Below, in pieces: positions 59,053-64,000 of a stretch of DNA of 64,000 nucleotides. Position 1 is the stretch's first letter, and every line of letters begins with the position of its first letter. Below the pieces are notes generated by a model. That model had not been told where the DNA came from. It did no database searches and saw only the letters and a list, made by a program, of their open reading frames with translations. The stretch covers positions 26,660,001-26,724,000 of the forward strand of contig NC_135901.1 in NCBI RefSeq assembly GCF_964194155.1, read 5' to 3'. The translations under genes were made by a program, and so were the position numbers. This stretch comes from Cetorhinus maximus. Lineage: Eukaryota.

Positions 59053-60751
59053 AGTGACGATTGTATCAACTTTCAGCAGATGAAAAATAGATGGAAGTGC
59101 ATCAGATTGTTATACCATCAGGATATAAAAATGAGATACTGAGAATAGCTCATGAAATTCCAATAGAGTGACATCTAGGAATTAGAAAGGCACAGATGAA
59201 AATACAAAAACATTTTCATTGGCCTTGATTACATAGAGATGTAGTCAAATGCTGTAGAACATGTTACACATATCAGGTAATAGGGAAATCACAAGCAGTG
59301 ATTGAGCCAGCACCTTTAATTCCAATTCAAGAATTTAAGGAACCTTTTACTAGGGTCATGATTGATTATGTAGGATCCCTCCCTAAGACTAAAAGTGGAA
59401 ATCAGTACTTGCTGACAATAATGGATGTGTCTACAAGGCTTCCTGAAGCAATACCTTTGAGAAATATTACAACAAAGAGCATTGTGGATGAGTTGACTAC
59501 ATTTTTTTTACGAGATATGGTTTACCATAAGAAATACAGTCAGATCAGGGTTCAAATTTCATGTCACAGCTGTTTAACGAAGTCATGAGCAGTTTGGTGA
59601 TAAATAGTTTAAGTCAACAGCTTACCATCCTGAGTCACAAGGGGCTTTGGAATGATGGCTTCAAACTTTAAAAAACAAGACGAGGGTATATAATCAGGAT
59701 GATCCACAGGTTTGGGATAGGGGAATTCCTTTCTTGTTATTTGCTATTAGGGATGTTCCGAATGCATTGACTGGATTTAGTCCTTTTGAATTAGTCTATG
59801 GTCATGAGGTAAGGGGACCACTAAATTTAATTTGTGAGAAATTAATGGTTCAAAATTCGGAAACGACTCTCCTGGATTATGTATCAAACTTCAAAGACAG
59901 ATTGGACAGAGCATTTGAGTTAGTGAGGGATAATTTAAAGATAGCTCAACAAGTGATGAAAGTGAAGGCAGTTAGGAGAGCCACAGCTCATAGTTCTGTT
60001 TCTGGGGGAAAGGTTAGTTTTGTTACCAGTACTGGGCGACTCATTAAAGGCAGGGTTTAGTGTGCCTTACAGGATTGAAAAGTACCTGAGTGAAGTAAAT
60101 TATTTAATAAATACCCCAGATAGAAGAAGGAAGCAGAGGGTGTATAATGTAAATGTGCTTAAAAAGGGAAAAGACCAAAAAGAGGTGGTAGACAAGGAGA
60201 AAGAGGAAGAAATGGGGGATTCTGAAATTGATTTTCCTCTAATCAAATTGGAATAATGAGGGGTACTTCACAAATTAAATGTAATATTGAGCTACCTTCC
60301 AAGACAAGTGTCAAAGTGATTTGGAGAAGCTATCGCAGTCACACAAAGCTATTTGTGGCAACAAGCTGGGGAGGAATAGCCAGTTAATTACTGTGGCAGA
60401 ATTATTGGAGTTTTACCCAAAAAAAAACACAGGAGAGGTTTTTAGATCTTTCCTCTTGGCAGCTTAGGATACTTCTGCTGGCTACTGCTATCACAAAACC
60501 CTGGCCATCTGGTCAGCAGCCAATCAAACACCATTGCGAGGCAGTTCTCCCTTAAACCATATCCTTTCTGGCACCATCGTCCAACCTGGCACACGCTGTT
60601 CCAAGAAGTAGCAACATTGTAGATTTTCTCTTCCTGCTTCAGGAAACATGTTTTCTTTTTAAATTGCAGCCACTGTAGGTTATTGAAGCTACTGTCCAAT
60701 CTTAAAGTCACAGTCCAAGAAATTTTTTTTAAAAGTTCCTTACATAATGCA

Positions 60752-61768
60752 TGCATCTGGCGTACCACAGGGATCTGTGCTGGGTCCCCTATTATTCGTC
60801 ATTTGTATAAACGACAGAGATGACTATGTAGGGGGTAGGATTAGTAAGTTTGCAGATGACACAAAGATTGGCTGGGTGGTTAACAGTGAGGTTGAGTGTC
60901 TTGGGCTACAGGAAGATATAGACGGGATGGTCAAATGGGCAGATAAGTGGCAGATGGAATTTAACCCTGAAAAGTGTGAGGTGATACACTTTGGAAGGAG
61001 TAATTTGACAAGGAAGTATTCAATGAACGGCATGACACTAGGAAGTTCTGAGGAACAAAGGGACCTTGGCATGAGTGTCCATAGATCTCTGAAGGCAGAG
61101 GGGCATGTTAGTGGGGTGGTGAAAAAGGCATATGGGACACTTGCCTTTATCAATCGAGGCATAGATTACAAAAGTAGGGAGGTCATGTTGGAGTTGTATA
61201 GAACATTGGTGAGGCCACAGCTGGAGTGCTGTGTGCAGTTCTGGTCGCCACATTATAGGAAGGATGTGATTGCACTGGAGGGGGTGCAGAGGAGATTCAC
61301 CAGGATGTTGCCTGGGATGAAACGTTTAAGTTATGAAGTGAGGTTGGATAGACTTGGATTGTTTTTGTTGGAGCAGAGAAGACTGAGGGGCGACCTGATC
61401 GAGGTGTGCAAGATTATGAGGGGCATGGACAGGGTGGATAGGGAGCAGCTGTTCCCCTTAGTTAAAGGGTCAGTCACGAGGGGACATAAGTTCAAGGTGA
61501 GGGGCAGGAGGTTTAGTGGGGATGTGAGGAAAAACTTTTTTACGCAGAGGGTGGTGACGGTCTGGAATGTGCTGCCTGGAAGGGTGGTGGAGGCGGGTTG
61601 CATCACATCCTTTAAAAAGGTACCTGGGTGAGCACTTGGCACGTCACAACATTCAAGGATATGGGCCAAGTGCTGGTAAATGGGATTAGGTAGGTAGGTC
61701 AGGTGTTTCTCACGTGTCGGTGCAGACTCGATGGGCCGAAGGGCCTCTTCTGCAGTGTGTGATTCTGT
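60752..61768 (+). mobile_element. young 5'-truncated CR1 with an open RT/C-terminal frame
   Basis: 294-aa ORF: SGVPQGSVLGPLLF, SKFADDTK, WQMEFNPEKCEVIHFG, RPQLECCVQFWSPHYRKD. Confidence 0.95.
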
Positions 61769-64000
61769 AATGTAATAATGCGAGTATATAGATAAGTATA
61801 GTAGGTAGTGTAAGATGGGTTAAGAAAATGAAGCCATCATTTTAAATTATGATGTTTCATTTTCTCATGAGGAGGGAGGTGTCATGAAAACATGATCATT
61901 TTCATAATATCTTTCTGGTTTATTGTGAAGTAGGTTTATGGGGGTAAGTATAGTTGGGTCTGTCTGTCTGTGATTTAGTTACATTTGGAGTCAAGTAGAC
62001 TGCAAGCTTTTACTCATCAAAAGAAACTAAGTGCTTGATATGCTAATGAGTAAACATAGATGCTGGCTTAGCATGTAAGGTGTGAAAGGAATTTGCATTT
62101 TTAGATATACAGATGATGGGAGATTTGGATTTCAAAGGGATTTTAGTCTGTTTACAACCAGCCAGATAAGCAAGGTTAAGGAATGTGTTCATTTTTCCCA
62201 AAGTTTACTGACAATAAATAGCAGCAACATAAAAGTTTATATATTGTGAGGAAGATACAGTTTCAAAGACATATGAAACAATAAAATTTACGTATTAAAA
62301 GAGAGAAATGTATACAAAGGATGATGAGGCTACGTGCCAGGAGGAGACTCTGTGAGATTGAACAGAAGTGTGTGAAATAGCCTTAATGAAGCCTCCCACA
62401 TTTGTGCATAAATCTGCTGTCTACTGAAACTGAAGCTGGAGAAAAGCCATTTGGAATTCCACTGTCCAGAGTATTGTGTTAATTTGTTGGATCTGTTTAA
62501 AATCTAAAATGTATTTTTGGACCGTGGCCTTAAAGGGAGTGTAACTGGGAGTCAGGTTAATTAGGGATTCTAGGAATTACAGTAGTAGTTGTAGTCTTAT
62601 GTATGTGCTTGACAGCTCTTATTTTGTTAATAAATATTTTAATTGAATTTTTTAAATGTCCAAAAGGCTTGGTGGGCTGATTACTTCTGAATTCAGAGCA
62701 TGCATCTCGAAATAAATACAAATTACAAAACCATTGTGATAGCGCGCCCAAGTTTCCCTCGTGGATTTGGTCTGCCTGGCACACATCATCTGCCGCGTCA
62801 CAACAGGATGTGTGTGTGTGTGTGCAAGGGTAATTAAACTGGGGAGCTGGGGTAGGTTAGTAAAGATAGCTTGTCTGTGGGAACTGAGAGATGAAAGGTA
62901 AAGGTGCTAGATGCACGCATTGGTCAAGAGAGGCTATGGTGAAGTTGGAATTACAAGTAAATAAGTTGGGTTTTAAAATTTGTATGAGGTAACAGGTAAG
63001 GACTTGACTTTTCGGCTGCCAAACTTCAAAAGGAGTTTAAGGGACTTTCACAACTTACAAAGCTTTCATAAGTAAACAAGGGAAGGTTATTAAATTTTAT
63101 TTCACCTGAAAGCGGAGGCAATAGGAAGACATAAAAGATTTTTATATTTTGGAAAAGTTGAACCATCTGCACCCAAACTACGTTAAACAATCAAATTAAA
63201 AACAAACGCACAGCCAGTCATGGAATTTAATTTAATGTTCGCTAATTAGCAATAAAACCCCAAGTAGGGGGTTCCCCCAGGATTCTTACAGTTCACACCT
63301 TGAGGGTGAGGAGTTCTCTCTCACCGACTCCTCACTCAAATCCGCTCTGTTATTTTCTAGTTTTGTTTTGACCCCACCTGGGGTAACATCTACTCGATCT
63401 TTTCTTCTCCTGAAGGAGTGCTGTGAGTTCTAGGTTACTCGTACATAAGGACACATGCTTCAAGCAACAAATCAAGCATGGATGTAAAAGATTCTCCAGC
63501 TCTCTCTTCACCCCTATCTAACTTGTGGACAGTTCTTACCGAGTATTATTTCCCATGTTACTTTAAGTTTTTGACCACGACACGTGTGTTTAATTCTATC
63601 CTGATTGTTTTAAAGTCAGTTTTGCTATGGAGTATGCGCCAATGCTTTCACGATATCAAAACGTTGTTTCATTTCCCCGGCCGTGTAAACTATTTCATGT
63701 CACGGTGTTTGTCAATTAGCTGCACATCTTTGGGACCTGATCTTCAGTACAATTTCATCGTGCATTTACACGCTATTTGCTTCATACGTGACGTGACAAA
63801 TCGCATCTGCGCACTTGCACCAGTATTCCAATGTCATGCCGCATAGTCTTAACTTTCAGGTTTGCTTATCGAAAGATTGAAGCCTGTCTTTGTTTCCGTC
63901 TGTCCGTTCCGGTCCTGATATTTCAGGTAGTGGCCAGGCTTTCAAAGGTGGTTTTCTTCAAAACGAAGTTCATAGGCAAGGGTGCAAATATCTCCGAGAG

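Larger units (their letters stand above)
54493..62805 (+). mobile_element. Gmr1-like Gypsy LTR retrotransposon (gag, protease, integrase; RT deleted) with nested insertions
   Basis: 5' LTR 54493-55974 and 3' LTR 61880-62805 (tgtcatg...aca); tRNA-Pro-like PBS tgggggctc at 55978; CFHCNKVGHTKSMC knuckle at 57300; protease ILRDTGASQS at about 57620; integrase 59090-60170; PPT 61869-61879. Confidence 0.92.

Noticed and set aside
54493-62805. Endogenous retrovirus (tRNA-Pro-like PBS)
   Set aside because: No env; Gypsy-type RT and integrase motifs and the PR-IN-RT order indicate a Gmr1-like retrotransposon.
63300-64000. Moderately CpG-rich unique sequence and ORF 63478..63846 at the window end
   Set aside because: No recognisable domain or repeat motif, and the region is truncated by the window edge.

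Overview
This is eukaryotic, vertebrate genomic DNA. The repeat content (abundant CR1 LINEs, Deu-type SINE, Penelope, Tx1, Gmr1-like Gypsy) points to a cartilaginous fish, but that is an inference. The window is a transposon-saturated cluster of seven paralogous tandem C2H2 zinc-finger loci. Four have long intact ORFs (8, 12, 15 and 7 fingers) and three are frameshifted; they are mostly arranged as head-to-head pairs around CpG-rich YY1/NRF1/CCAAT promoters. No KRAB, SCAN or BTB effector domain is visible. Instead the paralogs share a non-coding leader made of three decayed zinc fingers with conserved TGA stops, and a start codon created inside a finger linker (T-M-EKPW). The rest is nested retroelements: many CR1 LINEs, Tx1 and RTE fragments, Penelope elements and foldback derivatives carrying minimal hammerhead-like motifs, a minus-strand Gypsy element, and Gmr1-like Gypsy copies (PR-IN-RT order) whose Gag has a SCAN-like segment. 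Several minisatellites are also present. No prokaryotic genes, CRISPR arrays, rRNA or intact tRNA genes were seen. Transposon boundaries were read by eye and are approximate unless a TSD or LTR end is cited.
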